A stretch of 64,000 nt of DNA from Bacillota bacterium (GCA_021784595.1 JAJYHT010000031.1:6-64005); one strand, 5' to 3'. Shown: positions 45,278 through 55,994, numbered from the stretch's first letter. Made by a program: numbers and translations. The notes: generated by a model not told the origin, from the letters alone.

Positions 45278-46720
45278 ATGAGTTGGATTGACAACCGTTT
45301 GCGTCAGTGCAGCCGAGAGACGCCTGATCGGTTATGGCTGGCAGAGGGACGGACAGCGATGCAACTGACATTTGGAGAAGCGGCCCAAATAGTAGACAGA
45401 TATCGACAAATTTTTGGCGCCAAAGGGGTGGTACCGGGTCAAAGGGTGTTGCTGGCGGTGAAAAATCCCTTGCATTTTGCCTTGTTGTGGTTGGCCATAC
45501 TGGATTGGGGCGCGGTGGCGGTCCCTTTGAGCGCTCAATCGCCAGTGCCGGAATGGGAGCGAACCATTGATCAACTTGAGATTTCATGGTGTGTGTGCGA
45601 CCAAATGCCGTCGGATTGGAGCCAATTTTTCTCCTCCACAGAGGGACCTGGACAACTATGTTGGGCCGGCCCTTTTCGAAAACAGGCAAATCTCTATCCC
45701 ACCGGAGGCGTGGTGCTCTTTACCTCGGGCTCTACGGGTGAGCCAAAACCGGTGGGACTGCCGCTCAAGTCGTTATGGAGCGCCGCTCTTGACGTAGCTT
45801 TTAGCCATCAGTTGCAAAGTTCTGACCGCGGATATTGCCCGTTGCCGCTATTTCACGTTAATGCGCAAGTGGTGGCACTGCTCAGTAGTCTTGCCGCTGG
45901 TTCCAGCCTGGTGCTGGATGGTCAGTTGGACCGTGAGCGATTTTGGCAGCAAATCGACGACTGGGAGATTACCTGGGCTAATTTAGTGCCGACGCTGCTC
46001 ACCTTATTATTAAAAGATCAACAGCATCAGCCCACTCATCCCGAACGCATTCGATTTCTCAGAACCGCATCGGCTCCCCTGCCAGGGTCCGTGAAATCAG
46101 GGGCAGAAAAAACGTGGGGGATAGATATCGTGCAAAGCTACGGCATTTCCGAGGCGGCAGGCCCAGTCACGGTGAATACGGAGACACGCTTGAAACCCTA
46201 TAGTGTGGGGCAGCCTCAGGGGGTAAAGGTGGCCTTATTGCCTAGCACCGGGGGCACGTGGGAAATTGGACTCCGGGGAGCCCGCGTGATTGACCCGGAG
46301 TGGGGCCCCAATGGATGGGCTAAAACACGATTTTACGAGGGATGGTATCGTACGGGCGACCTCGGCCATGCGGATCGCGATGGCGACTTTTATGTTGACG
46401 GGCGCATTAAGGAAGTCATCAATCGAGGGGGGGAAAAGGTGTTTCCCGCCGAGGTGGAATCCGTATTGCTGAGTCATCCAATGGTCAAAGAGTGCGCTGT
46501 GGTAGGGCGTCCCAATCCAGTGCTCGGAGAAGATGTGGTGGCCTATGTGGTGGCCGACAATCTTTCGGCTATCGAAACGGAATTGCGTGGTGTCGTGCAA
46601 GGGCAATTAAGTGCCTACAAGGCGCCCGTATCCTACATTGCGGTGGACCAGTTGCCCCGTAACGCTACCGGCAAATTGATGCGGCAACATTTGCAGCAAA
46701 GGAGTTCTCAATTGGCATGA
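45278..46720 (+). CDS. AMP-dependent synthetase/ligase (acyl-CoA/acyl-AMP forming)
   Basis: VLFTSGSTGEPKPV, YRTGDLG, GRIKEVINRGGEKV, C-terminal PRNATGKLMR. Confidence 0.85.
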   Translation: MSWIDNRLRQCSRETPDRLWLAEGRTAMQLTFGEAAQIVDRYRQIFGAKGVVPGQRVLLAVKNPLHFALLWLAILDWGAVAVPLSAQSPVPEWERTIDQLEISWCVCDQMPSDWSQFFSSTEGPGQLCWAGPFRKQANLYPTGGVVLFTSGSTGEPKPVGLPLKSLWSAALDVAFSHQLQSSDRGYCPLPLFHVNAQVVALLSSLAAGSSLVLDGQLDRERFWQQIDDWEITWANLVPTLLTLLLKDQQHQPTHPERIRFLRTASAPLPGSVKSGAEKTWGIDIVQSYGISEAAGPVTVNTETRLKPYSVGQPQGVKVALLPSTGGTWEIGLRGARVIDPEWGPNGWAKTRFYEGWYRTGDLGHADRDGDFYVDGRIKEVINRGGEKVFPAEVESVLLSHPMVKECAVVGRPNPVLGEDVVAYVVADNLSAIETELRGVVQGQLSAYKAPVSYIAVDQLPRNATGKLMRQHLQQRSSQLA

Positions 46721-47880
46721 TTAGAGCAGCAGCTAACCCACGTCCCTTTGTGGCATCCTTGGATGTAGTACGGGCAGTCACCATCGTATCCGTAATTATG
46801 GTTCATAGCACCTGGTTTACTGCTAATGGAGGAGGATCGATTGGGGCCGGAGCCTTCCTTTCCATCTTGCACTTTACCCGCGAATCTTTTATGGCGCTTA
46901 CCGGATTTGTGTTAACCTACAGTCTTTGGGAGCGCACGCCCAAATGGGGGAAATTTTGGATTAAGCGGTACCGCTTAATTGCTATTCCGTATATTCTCTG
47001 GAGCGCAGCCTACTTGACATTGACGATATCGGTGTGGCCTGTGGGCCCCTATATGGCACGCTTGCTCCAGGATTTGCCAACCGGGGCTGCTTGGTTTCAT
47101 TTATACTATCTCTTGATTACAATGCAGTTTTACCTGTTGATGCCCGGATTCCTATGGGTAATTAGAAAGTGTCAGGATCACCCCGGCTGGCTTTTGGGAT
47201 TGGCTGCGACGTTGGAAGTGATGCTTATGGCTTATGATCAATATGGACTGAGCAGCCATCCCGCGGGCATTAATGCCTACACGGGAACCGAAGTCTGGAC
47301 TTATGGTCTCTATTTCATTGTGGGTGGCGTGATGGCGGCACACTGGACAGCCATATCCGAATGGCTTAACAGCCATGCTAAGTCGGTCGCGATTTATCTC
47401 GCCGTCAGTATTGCGTTAATGTTGACCGCCTATTTCGGGCAATTGCAGGGACAGGCCAGCCGCATTAATTTTGCCGATGCGGTGCTGCAGCCAGCCATGG
47501 TGCCAGAATCGTTGGCTGTCTTCATGGCCTTGGTTCGCGTGGGTTTGTGGTACCAAAAATATTGGCAGCGGCCAAAGGTGCCCTGGCACGCTCGCTTTGT
47601 CAAGCGCATCGCAGACGGTTCGTTTGGAATGTATCTCATGCATCCGATGATTTTAGCGGGCTGGCTGTGGGTGGTAAAATTTTTGGGCTGGAAACCTAAT
47701 CACATTGTGTTGGATGCCGTGACGATTTCGCTCTTGGTGATCTCAAGCGTGTGGGTGACTGGATGGTTGGCCCGTACTCGATGGTCTCCCTGGCTTATCG
47801 GACGGTCGGCGATCCAAGCGAGGCCTCTTAGAGGGGCGGCTAGTCGTGACGAGAAGACATGGTTGCCATCTGAAGCTTAA
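46717..47880 (+). CDS. acyltransferase family 3 (OafA/YrhL-like integral membrane O-acyltransferase)
   Basis: ATGA overlap with the ligase. LDVVRAVTIVSVIMVHS N-terminus. ~10 TM helices. Confidence 0.8.
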   Translation: MIRAAANPRPFVASLDVVRAVTIVSVIMVHSTWFTANGGGSIGAGAFLSILHFTRESFMALTGFVLTYSLWERTPKWGKFWIKRYRLIAIPYILWSAAYLTLTISVWPVGPYMARLLQDLPTGAAWFHLYYLLITMQFYLLMPGFLWVIRKCQDHPGWLLGLAATLEVMLMAYDQYGLSSHPAGINAYTGTEVWTYGLYFIVGGVMAAHWTAISEWLNSHAKSVAIYLAVSIALMLTAYFGQLQGQASRINFADAVLQPAMVPESLAVFMALVRVGLWYQKYWQRPKVPWHARFVKRIADGSFGMYLMHPMILAGWLWVVKFLGWKPNHIVLDAVTISLLVISSVWVTGWLARTRWSPWLIGRSAIQARPLRGAASRDEKTWLPSEA

Positions 47881-47913
47881 TTGAGGAATGAGTGGGATGT
47901 GGAATCGGAACCG

Positions 47914-48435
47914 ATGGGAATGACCAACGATGCCTGGCGTCAGGACAATGAAACCAAGTTGCGCCAAATGGTGGAGCAAATGGGCCCACGTCTATATCGT
48001 TTCGCTTGGGCAATGTTGACCAATAAGGAGGCGGCCGATGATGTTGTGCAGGAATGTTTTGTCCGTTATTGGCGGCAATTGGATAAAGAGCCAGGGCGTA
48101 ATCTAGGCCCCGGTTGGTTATTGCGCGTGACGGCGCGCCTGTGTTTGGATGAAGGACGCCGGTGGGGACGGCGTCAAGAAACTTTGGAACGCTTGAGCAG
48201 CCTGGGGCGGACAAACGCGCCATGTGATGACCCAGCAGTTGGAGCCGATCAGGAAATTTTTAGCTTGGTGATGCAATTAAAACCAAAAGACCGTTTGACC
48301 ATGTTGTTGGTATACTACCAAGATTTGCCTCTGGCAGAAGCGGCTAGCATCTTAGGGACCACGGAGACGTTTTTGAAAACTAAACTCTCACGCATTCGCA
48401 AACGGCTAAAGAAAGAATGGGAGCGAGGACAATGA
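47914..48435 (+). CDS. ECF-type sigma-70 factor
   Basis: Region 2 (VVQECFVRYWRQL) and region 4 (VYYQDLPLAEAASILGTTETFLKTKLSRIRKRL). The start is uncertain (ATG 47914 or TTG 47881). Confidence 0.8.
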   Translation: MGMTNDAWRQDNETKLRQMVEQMGPRLYRFAWAMLTNKEAADDVVQECFVRYWRQLDKEPGRNLGPGWLLRVTARLCLDEGRRWGRRQETLERLSSLGRTNAPCDDPAVGADQEIFSLVMQLKPKDRLTMLLVYYQDLPLAEAASILGTTETFLKTKLSRIRKRLKKEWERGQ

Positions 48436-49895
48436 AGCCAGAAGACATTCAGCAGGCCTTGCACCGGAATTTAGACCGCATTCCGGTTCCGGACCGAGAA
48501 TCGTGGATGGCACGCGCTATGGGTCCGGCTGACTCTAGACAGCGTGGGCGATGGAATAATCGACCGCGGTGGGTGGGATTGGCGCTCACCTCTGCCGCCG
48601 TGGTCGGGGGTCTCTGGTTGGGTAGCCAGTCGCATTCGCAAACCCACATTATGGGACCTCGCTTTATCGGGACGGCCAGCGTAGTGAATTTGGCGATGCC
48701 TTATCTGACCCAGCACAACGTCGATGCCATCCACGTACCTACCTTCCTGCCATTTACGGTAGCTACGTCCCTAAAGCCCCGTCCGGCCATGGTTCCCATT
48801 GTGAGAGCAGGAACGGGCACGCTTCCCAAATTATTGTCTTCTCCGTCATTGGACGGTCGACACGCCATTTATTGGATTGCCATTAGCAGTCAGGGCGCTT
48901 CGCTGCCTTTAGCAGAACAGATTAGCAATCAGAGCACGATTGCCCGACTCATCGCCGAACAAAAACCGTGGGTGGTGATGGTAGCCAGCCATGGCAAATT
49001 GTTCGACGGCGGCACCAACCTAAAGCAGGGCTTGTTCCGCGGCCGATATTGGACTGCGGCCGACTTAGGATGGATCAATCAGGTGTCCAATGCGCAAGCT
49101 ATCAGTTGGGCTCAGGGTACCGTAACCTATACCATTGTGGTGACCGACCAAAGTGTGACGTCAGACGAATTGGTGTGGTTGGCGCGTACGATGGCTAGTA
49201 CTACACTGCACCGCCCCGAGGCGTTTGCCTTGGTCTATCGGTCTTTGGTGGAGCCCCGGCATGGCAAGGCTCAGTTGGATACCTGGGTGGTGTCTGCCAC
49301 TCCTTACCACGCGGAGGACAAAATGGGATATCACACGCACCTGTCCGAATCGCATGTGCTACTGACTCCAGATATGCTGAAAAGAGATCATCATCCGCTA
49401 TTGGTAGTGTTGCCTAAACCGAAAATTACCGCACGCATCCCGGTTCTGCTGCCTGACGATTGGCCCATTTTTGGTAGCCGATTCTATGCGGGTGTCTCTT
49501 ATCAATTCAATCCAGGCGGCTATCATGTGTCATGGTTTAAGACGATGGCCACGGTGTCGCTCCCTTACAACGCTCCTCCTAGTGCGGAACCGTTTTTGAC
49601 AGTGACTGCGGGAGACTTGGTCACCACAATGCTGGCGCCGACCACTCATCCCGCCATAAGCTTAGCGTCCTACCGGGACTTGGTGCAGAGCAGCACCTTA
49701 AACACCCCGATTGCCGATTGGGTTCAATTAGGGTCCAAGACTTTATGGATTTCTACTCAACTGCTCGCAACAGGTCCTGTTGCGACGGTAGAATTCAGCT
49801 ATCAGGGCTCGCTGTACCAGGTCGCGTCTCCGTCTTTATGGCATGCTCTCTCAGCCACCGCGCAGATGTTGCGGTTAGATGTCAAAAATCTGTAG
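48432..49895 (+). CDS. single-pass membrane protein with a large extracytoplasmic domain; anti-sigma candidate by position
   Basis: ATGA overlap with the sigma gene. One TM helix (WVGLALTSAAVVGGLWLG) after a ~45-aa cytoplasmic head. The ~420-aa C-terminal domain is unrecognised. Confidence 0.55.
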   Translation: MKPEDIQQALHRNLDRIPVPDRESWMARAMGPADSRQRGRWNNRPRWVGLALTSAAVVGGLWLGSQSHSQTHIMGPRFIGTASVVNLAMPYLTQHNVDAIHVPTFLPFTVATSLKPRPAMVPIVRAGTGTLPKLLSSPSLDGRHAIYWIAISSQGASLPLAEQISNQSTIARLIAEQKPWVVMVASHGKLFDGGTNLKQGLFRGRYWTAADLGWINQVSNAQAISWAQGTVTYTIVVTDQSVTSDELVWLARTMASTTLHRPEAFALVYRSLVEPRHGKAQLDTWVVSATPYHAEDKMGYHTHLSESHVLLTPDMLKRDHHPLLVVLPKPKITARIPVLLPDDWPIFGSRFYAGVSYQFNPGGYHVSWFKTMATVSLPYNAPPSAEPFLTVTAGDLVTTMLAPTTHPAISLASYRDLVQSSTLNTPIADWVQLGSKTLWISTQLLATGPVATVEFSYQGSLYQVASPSLWHALSATAQMLRLDVKNL

Positions 49896-49927
49896 GGCAG
49901 ACGCTCGAGCTGAACTGCCCTATTTAA
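49893..49927 (+). terminator. rho-independent terminator candidate
   Basis: tagggcag-(14 nt)-ctgcccta followed by tttaaat, starting at the stop codon of the preceding gene. Confidence 0.45.
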
Positions 49928-50397
49928 ATGTCTTGAAACTCGCTCCACACGCTTTTTTTGTCAACCAACATCATCGGTCAATGGGGCAAGTGTCTTCTTT
50001 TGGGGATATGTGACGATGGCAAGACCGCTCATTGATTCAAGGGATTGGCCAGTTTTCTCGGCGGTTCAGCACTGTTGCCTTCATTAATTCCTAGCGACTC
50101 ATGTTCTCTTCCCCGAAAACACGGTACTAGGTGCAACTGTGCTGTTGTCGAACAGAGAGATCAGTCTGCGGGTTAGGACCTCACTCCACCGACGACAACA
50201 CAATATTTTTAAGAGACCACGGTCTATTTTAGAATTGTATCTATCGCAACAACCGGAATTTCTGCGACTAGTGAACTTCTCCCCCGCGTGGCCATGCCGA
50301 GGTGGGGGTTTCTGGATGCGTTCCCAGAAATTCCTGGCTCGGCGACAGCTGCACGGGAGGCCGGGGGCGTCTCGTGTGCCGCCCCGGCGCTGTTGTT

Positions 50398-52131
50398 TTA
50401 AGGACTTATGGTCCATCGATTGGGATAATAGAGGTCAGTGACTAAATTAAATGTGGATATTGTACCGTGGATGTTTTTCGCGTGCTCAGGAAATCCTGTG
50501 CCCACGTAACTGGATGAGGTCCACGGAAGCCAAATCACGGGAACTTCTTCGGCTGCATACGCCAAGTACGCATCCATGCCCTGCCGAATTTGGCTTGGTG
50601 TTCCCGTAAGGTTTGTCGTGGCATTAATCAGTTGGTCCATATGGGCATTGGCATATCCTCCGGCATTTGCTCCACCGCCGGAATTTAAAAGGCCGTCGCC
50701 CGAAGGGTAAAAATCGGGTTCATAGGTCCAGCCACCACCCCAAAATGCCATTTGCCACTTCGTCGGATCAGATTGACTGGCGGTACCGATGACATTAGCG
50801 AAGGGCTCCGCTTGCAAAGTCACTTGAATGCCCTCTTGGGCCCATGAATTCTTAATCAGTTCAACCATATTGGTCAGGGTAGGATCTCCTGACATGTAAA
50901 TCATAGTAAAGTTTAGCGAAATGCCGTTTTGGCTTAACACTCCGTTTTTCAATTGCCACCCGTGTTTTTCGAGAAGGTGTTGACCCGCCGTAGGATTGTA
51001 TGGGAAAAGTGGTGTGGCTAGGGCTGGGTCGTAAAATTGAGTAGGGGGTTCTGCCGGCACGGGAGAGTCTTCCGTCACTCCGTGGCCATGAAACAAGGTG
51101 TTGATTATCCCGGCTTGATCTATTCCCATTTCCAAGGCCTGCCGCACATAGGCATGGCTAAACGCCAGTCCAACGCCACCTGGGGCTTTGGGGCTGAGGT
51201 TGGGTGCCAAAAAGTTGAACCCTAAAATATAGGGTGTCGAAAGAACATCGTTGGTTAGCTGTGATTGCGAATCCCAAAGGTTAGAAGGCAAGTAACCCAC
51301 ATTAATAGTACCGGTTTTCAGGCCGAGAAATTCGCTCTGGGTTGAGGTCTGATATTGGAAGATAAGTTTTTGAATTGTGGCTTTGTGGCCGTCATAATGA
51401 GGATTCGCCTCAAAGACCCAATCAGTATTGGGTTTCATAGAGACAAATTTGTAAGGGCCATCGACTACCTCATATTGAGACGCCCCAGGAGAATTGGCCA
51501 CCTGCAGTATTTGTTTCATGTCCAAGTTGAGATTGTTGGGATACTTGTCCCAAATTGCTGCAGGGACTGGACTAATTTGACCAAGGCCGTTCAAGATAAA
51601 CCAATCTGGGTTTACAGGCTGTGAGAGGGTGACCTTTACGGTATCGGTACCTTCGGCCACGGCGCTTTGCCAATCTTGAGGCAATCCGCCGATACCGCTA
51701 AAGGCATAACTCCAGGGCAGGGATGTGGTGGCAGCCGATGCATATTTAAACAAGTTAAACGTAAATACGATATCTTGAGCGGTTACTTGGCTCCCATTGG
51801 ACCAATGCCATTTTGGATTCAAATGAATGGTGTACACGCTGCCAGTACTGTTGACTGAGATCGAGGAAGCCAGCGAACGCTGGTAATCAACCGTATCATG
51901 ACTGGTGATAAACAACAGCGGTTTGTACATCAGGGCATCGGTTTGGATATTGGTATTACTAGCGGCGCTGCTGCCAATTATCGGAAAGAACCAATTGGGA
52001 GAACTCTGCGGAGCTTCAGCAATCACCACCGTGCTCGGTGGTGAAGAAGCGGGGGTTATGGAGGACCCGCACCCACCTAGAGCAGATCCTAAGAGCAAGG
52101 AAGAGCCGAGGGCTAGTAGTTTCTTGTTCAT
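50398..52131 (-). CDS. ABC transporter substrate-binding lipoprotein, family 5 (peptide/nickel type)
   Basis: Lipobox LLLGSALGGCGSS. ~577 aa with SBP_bac_5-like composition. GGAGGTG RBS before ATG 52131. No adjacent permease or ATPase genes. Confidence 0.85.
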   Translation of the reverse strand: MNKKLLALGSSLLLGSALGGCGSSITPASSPPSTVVIAEAPQSSPNWFFPIIGSSAASNTNIQTDALMYKPLLFITSHDTVDYQRSLASSISVNSTGSVYTIHLNPKWHWSNGSQVTAQDIVFTFNLFKYASAATTSLPWSYAFSGIGGLPQDWQSAVAEGTDTVKVTLSQPVNPDWFILNGLGQISPVPAAIWDKYPNNLNLDMKQILQVANSPGASQYEVVDGPYKFVSMKPNTDWVFEANPHYDGHKATIQKLIFQYQTSTQSEFLGLKTGTINVGYLPSNLWDSQSQLTNDVLSTPYILGFNFLAPNLSPKAPGGVGLAFSHAYVRQALEMGIDQAGIINTLFHGHGVTEDSPVPAEPPTQFYDPALATPLFPYNPTAGQHLLEKHGWQLKNGVLSQNGISLNFTMIYMSGDPTLTNMVELIKNSWAQEGIQVTLQAEPFANVIGTASQSDPTKWQMAFWGGGWTYEPDFYPSGDGLLNSGGGANAGGYANAHMDQLINATTNLTGTPSQIRQGMDAYLAYAAEEVPVIWLPWTSSSYVGTGFPEHAKNIHGTISTFNLVTDLYYPNRWTISP

Positions 52132-52360
52132 TGGGTACACCTCCGCGTTTGAAATGGGGAACATGTGAGATCTTCGACGGGCTTTACATTATCCCTTCTG
52201 CCAAAATATTTTATTTGAGATTAATTTCGTAACCTTCCAGAGGCTGAGGAGAATCAGGACATGGTGTGCTTGCGGAGAAATTGGCCAGGGATCCGTTTTG
52301 TCATATTATGTGACGTAATCAGAAATTGAACTTTCGCATCTCTTAGGGGGGAACAGGTGA

Positions 52361-53128
52361 ATGATGCAAAACCAAGTGGCCCTGGTAACCGGGGCGGGGC
52401 ATGGGTTAGGACAAGCGATTGCGCTCGCCTTAGCTGAAGTGGGATGTCGCGTATTTGGGGGCGATTTGTCTTGGGACGAACTGCAGAGTACAAAAGATTT
52501 GGTTGAAAGAAGGAAAGGCTTCTTTCAACCGGCGGTGTTTGACGTATGCGATGCCCAAGCGTGGAATCAATGGATAGAGACAATTAAAAGCAGAGAATCC
52601 CGGTTGGAGATTTTAGTCAACAATGCCGGGGGGGTGGCGGGACAAACTCACCAAGATGTAGAATTTGTCGACGACAGACTTTGGGATAAAGTTATTAAAA
52701 TTAATCTTTATGGCGCATTCTATGGAATTCGAGCGGTTGCCCCATTGATGAAAACTCAGCACTATGGACGGATTATCAACATCTCCTCGGGAGCTGGGCG
52801 CAGTCACAGCTTGACCGGTATTCAAGCCTATACGAGCGCCAAAGCAGGGCAGATTGGGCTGACTCGGCAGATGGCGGCCGAACTGGGTCCCTTTGGGATT
52901 ACGGTGAACAATGTGGCACCGGGCTTTGTGCGCTCCAATCCGGCAACAGAAAAGCAATGGGAAGCGATGGGAGAGGAAGGGCAGAGAAAATTAGTCGAAT
53001 CGATTCCGGTGCGAAGACTTGGCACTCCTATGGATATTGCCCACATGGTGCGGTTTTTAGCCAGCCCCGAAACGGGATACGTTACGGGACAGGTGATTAG
53101 TGTGGATGGCGGCCACTCAATGTTCTAA
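52361..53128 (+). CDS. SDR-family oxidoreductase (FabG-like)
   Basis: TGAGHGLG cofactor motif, NNAG, catalytic YTSAK, C-terminal ISVDGG. Confidence 0.9.
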   Translation: MMQNQVALVTGAGHGLGQAIALALAEVGCRVFGGDLSWDELQSTKDLVERRKGFFQPAVFDVCDAQAWNQWIETIKSRESRLEILVNNAGGVAGQTHQDVEFVDDRLWDKVIKINLYGAFYGIRAVAPLMKTQHYGRIINISSGAGRSHSLTGIQAYTSAKAGQIGLTRQMAAELGPFGITVNNVAPGFVRSNPATEKQWEAMGEEGQRKLVESIPVRRLGTPMDIAHMVRFLASPETGYVTGQVISVDGGHSMF

Positions 53129-53139
53129 ATATTTGCTAG

Positions 53140-53172
53140 CGCGGTTTGATCGATGGCAAAACCGCTTGTTCT
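53140..53172 (+). terminator. rho-independent terminator candidate
   Basis: gcggttt-(11 nt)-aaaccgc followed by ttgttctct, between convergent genes. Confidence 0.45.
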
Positions 53173-54093
53173 CTATTCCCTGTCTGGAGAGGAAGACTTG
53201 GCTTCGTGCTCCGATATGGCCCGTGCAGAGTTGATTAATAGGTCTTTAAATTGTGCTGCGTGGTCAGGCAGTCGTCGGCCTGCCCGCCAGATGATGCCGA
53301 TGTCTCGTGTGGTTTCCGGTGTAGGGATTACCAATTCAACACGATGATTTGAAATTTCCAACTGGACAGAGCGGTGAGGGATCAGCGCTACGCCAAATCC
53401 TGCGCGGACAAACCCGAGCAGCGCGTTGAAACTGGTGAGCTCAAAGACGATCTGGGGCTGAAATCCATTAGCTAATGCAATTTGAAACAAAACATCACGC
53501 AATCCATATCCGGGCTCCATGGTAATAAACGGGGTATGTACCAATTGATGCCACGGTAGAGGGCTTGCAAGATGTAGAGATGGACTGGCCACAATAACTA
53601 ACCGCTCACGCCATAGCGTGGCCACGTTGACGGCGGGTTCGCTTATTGGAAGATCTAATATGGCCAAATGAAGCGCGCCGGTTAGCACCTGTTTCACTAG
53701 ACCCTGGGTATGGGATTCCACCAATTTGATTGTGGGAGGGCTTGGGGTGCTGTCGACCAATTGTCTTAAAATGGCAGGCACATAGTCGTGCGCCAAGGTT
53801 GGCAACACGCCTACCCGCAGATCCGTTTCACGATGATGTCCAGTGCCTAATTCCTGTTCGGCGTCTTCCATGGCATGGACAATGCGCAAAGCATGAAAAC
53901 GCAAGAGTTTACCGTCTTCAGTCAGTTCCACGCCGCTCGCCGTGCGGTGAAACAGGGGATGGCCCACTTGACGCTCGAGGCTTTGGATGCTTTGGGATAA
54001 GGCGGGTTGGCTCACATGCATGGCCTGGGCAGCTCGGGTCATGTTTCCAAAATCCGATATAGCGAGAAAATATTTTAGAGCGCGATATTCCAT
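53173..54093 (-). CDS. LysR-family transcriptional regulator
   Basis: N-terminal wHTH LKYFLAISDFGNMTRAAQAMHVSQPALSQSIQSLE plus a substrate-binding domain. GAGGAGG RBS before ATG 54093. Confidence 0.9.
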   Translation of the reverse strand: MEYRALKYFLAISDFGNMTRAAQAMHVSQPALSQSIQSLERQVGHPLFHRTASGVELTEDGKLLRFHALRIVHAMEDAEQELGTGHHRETDLRVGVLPTLAHDYVPAILRQLVDSTPSPPTIKLVESHTQGLVKQVLTGALHLAILDLPISEPAVNVATLWRERLVIVASPSLHLASPLPWHQLVHTPFITMEPGYGLRDVLFQIALANGFQPQIVFELTSFNALLGFVRAGFGVALIPHRSVQLEISNHRVELVIPTPETTRDIGIIWRAGRRLPDHAAQFKDLLINSARAISEHEAKSSSPDRE

Positions 54094-54195
54094 CGGTGAC
54101 CTCCTCAATTCATTATAAGCCATCCTTATGATTGGTGATAAATATTTCGTCTTGGACAGGAAATCCCGCCATGCGCACAATGGTCTTAGAGGTGA

Positions 54196-54552
54196 ATGGG
54201 CGTGGAGCTCCTATTGGAAAAGTTTATTATCGGCGGATTAGGAATTGTCGTGGTGACGATGGTAGCCCAAATGCTCGGAGGAAAGGTCGGGGGATTTCTG
54301 GCCGGATTTCCTGCGGTCTTTTTGATGGCGCTGACTGTGACAGCTTGGGGCCACGATTCTCGTGTGATCGATCCGCGCCTGACTAAGATGGTATGGGCGA
54401 GCGTTGGGGCACTGGCAGCGGATGTTTTGGTGGCTTGGGTGGCGCCCAAAATGTTGTCTCGCTGGCGTTTTCGATTGGCATATCCATCGCTGCTGACGAT
54501 TTGGGCTGGCGTATCGGGAGTGGGCTATCTGATTCTGACAGGGTTTCATTGA
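54196..54552 (+). CDS. small 4-TM membrane protein (DUF3147-like)
   Basis: 118 aa. GGFLAGFPAVFLMAL motif shared with the next gene. Confidence 0.6.
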   Translation: MGVELLLEKFIIGGLGIVVVTMVAQMLGGKVGGFLAGFPAVFLMALTVTAWGHDSRVIDPRLTKMVWASVGALAADVLVAWVAPKMLSRWRFRLAYPSLLTIWAGVSGVGYLILTGFH

Positions 54553-54564
54553 GGAGGAGCATCT

Positions 54565-54930
54565 ATGGCATCACGATCCATCACGTTATTTCTAGGACGA
54601 TTCCTGGTAGGAGGCATGGTGGTAGCTGCCGTTAGTCTAATCGAAACGAGGGCACCGAGAATATCCGGCCTGTTGGCGGGATTTCCCGCCGTGTTTCTTA
54701 CGGCATTGCTGTTTATCCATTGGTTTGGAGGAAAAAAAGAGGCGATGCGGTTTTCCTCGACGGCGTTATATGGAATGTTTGGCGGCGTTTTGACGGTGTT
54801 GACCGTAATCGTGGGATTGATGGCGCAGTGGCCTTGGCCGCTCGTAGTGGTTCTTGGTGGATTGAGCTATGTGGCGTTTGTGATGGTGATGGTATATAGA
54901 GAAAGACGGATGCATCCGCATCCGTCTTAA
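54565..54930 (+). CDS. small 4-TM membrane protein (DUF3147-like), tandem paralog
   Basis: 121 aa. SGLLAGFPAVFLTAL motif. Confidence 0.6.
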   Translation: MASRSITLFLGRFLVGGMVVAAVSLIETRAPRISGLLAGFPAVFLTALLFIHWFGGKKEAMRFSSTALYGMFGGVLTVLTVIVGLMAQWPWPLVVVLGGLSYVAFVMVMVYRERRMHPHPS

Positions 54931-55238
54931 GGGTATCATCGAGAACCGACGGATTTGCTCAGGGGACTTTTGGAAGAAGCTCGATCGGGGCAATCGCCTT
55001 GCTGTGCCAGGTCATGGTGCGGCGAGGCTAATTTTTTAGCACAGGACTGCGGATAGTTCTTTAGAGCAGAACAGATATGTCCATCAGACCGCGGAAAGAC
55101 GGATCTATTGGCTATGACGTGCGGCCATGGTCGGTACTTATGATATTAAGTGAAGGTAGTGGGACAGCCGCCCAACAAAGGTCCGTTAACAAAGTATGAA
55201 AGGATTCGTGGGGCGTTGGGGTTGAGGAGGAGAATACG

Positions 55239-55904
55239 ATGTACAATCAAAATTCTGTGGGTGGATATTCGGTCGCAGATGGAGTAGACGGTCGTTTGAT
55301 GGGCAAGACTTTAGGTTACTTGGTCCTGCTGCTAGCGATTGTGATGGTAGGCAGTGTCATTGGGGTGACGATGGGTTCATGGGGATTGTGGGGTGGGTTT
55401 ATTCTCGCGATTGCTGGCACGATCATGGTGTCGCGGCGGATGCAAAGTGCCTCCAAGGCCCTGGGGTGGGGAATTTTGACCGCCATTGGGTTGGGCATGG
55501 TGATTTCATCGGTGCTGTGGTACGTCATTTTGTACCAGGGTCCGATGCTCATGACTACCATTGGAGCGCTGTTGCTGGCTCTTTTGCTTTCGGCAGCCGT
55601 CGTCGCTTGGGTTCCCTGGGATTTTAGCAAACTCGGACCAATCCTGTTTATTGGGTTAGTGATTCTAGTGATTTCTGGCCTGCTTTCCTTTATTCTTCCC
55701 AGCATGACAGGATTAGTGATGTCCAATGTGTACAACATCGCAGGGATAGTAATTTTCACCGGATATCTCATGGTGGATTTTTCGATTATGCGCTATCGTG
55801 GTCGCACATTTCCTTCAGATGGTTTAGCGGTGGTGTTGGCGGTGTCGCTGTTGGTTGACATCGTTAACCTGTTCTTGTTTCTGTTGCGATTAGGTCGACG
55901 ATAG
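55239..55904 (+). CDS. Bax inhibitor-1/YccA family membrane protein
   Basis: 221 aa with 7 TM helices. Characteristic C-terminus LLVDIVNLFLFLLRL. Confidence 0.8.
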   Translation: MYNQNSVGGYSVADGVDGRLMGKTLGYLVLLLAIVMVGSVIGVTMGSWGLWGGFILAIAGTIMVSRRMQSASKALGWGILTAIGLGMVISSVLWYVILYQGPMLMTTIGALLLALLLSAAVVAWVPWDFSKLGPILFIGLVILVISGLLSFILPSMTGLVMSNVYNIAGIVIFTGYLMVDFSIMRYRGRTFPSDGLAVVLAVSLLVDIVNLFLFLLRLGRR

Positions 55905-55994
55905 TCGGAGTGAGATGTAAATTTTGCAAGAGAATAATGCGCCTCATTGTATGATGAGACTGAACAAAAACGGTTGAGGGGAAGGGTGTTTGGG

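Noticed and set aside
50099-50441. Two overlapping ~100-aa ORFs on opposite strands in the gap before the SBP gene, and a GC hairpin at 50360-50388
   Set aside because: The ORFs are Arg/Cys-rich, mirror each other and have no RBS. The hairpin lacks a U tract on the strand where it would terminate the SBP gene, so I did not call it.
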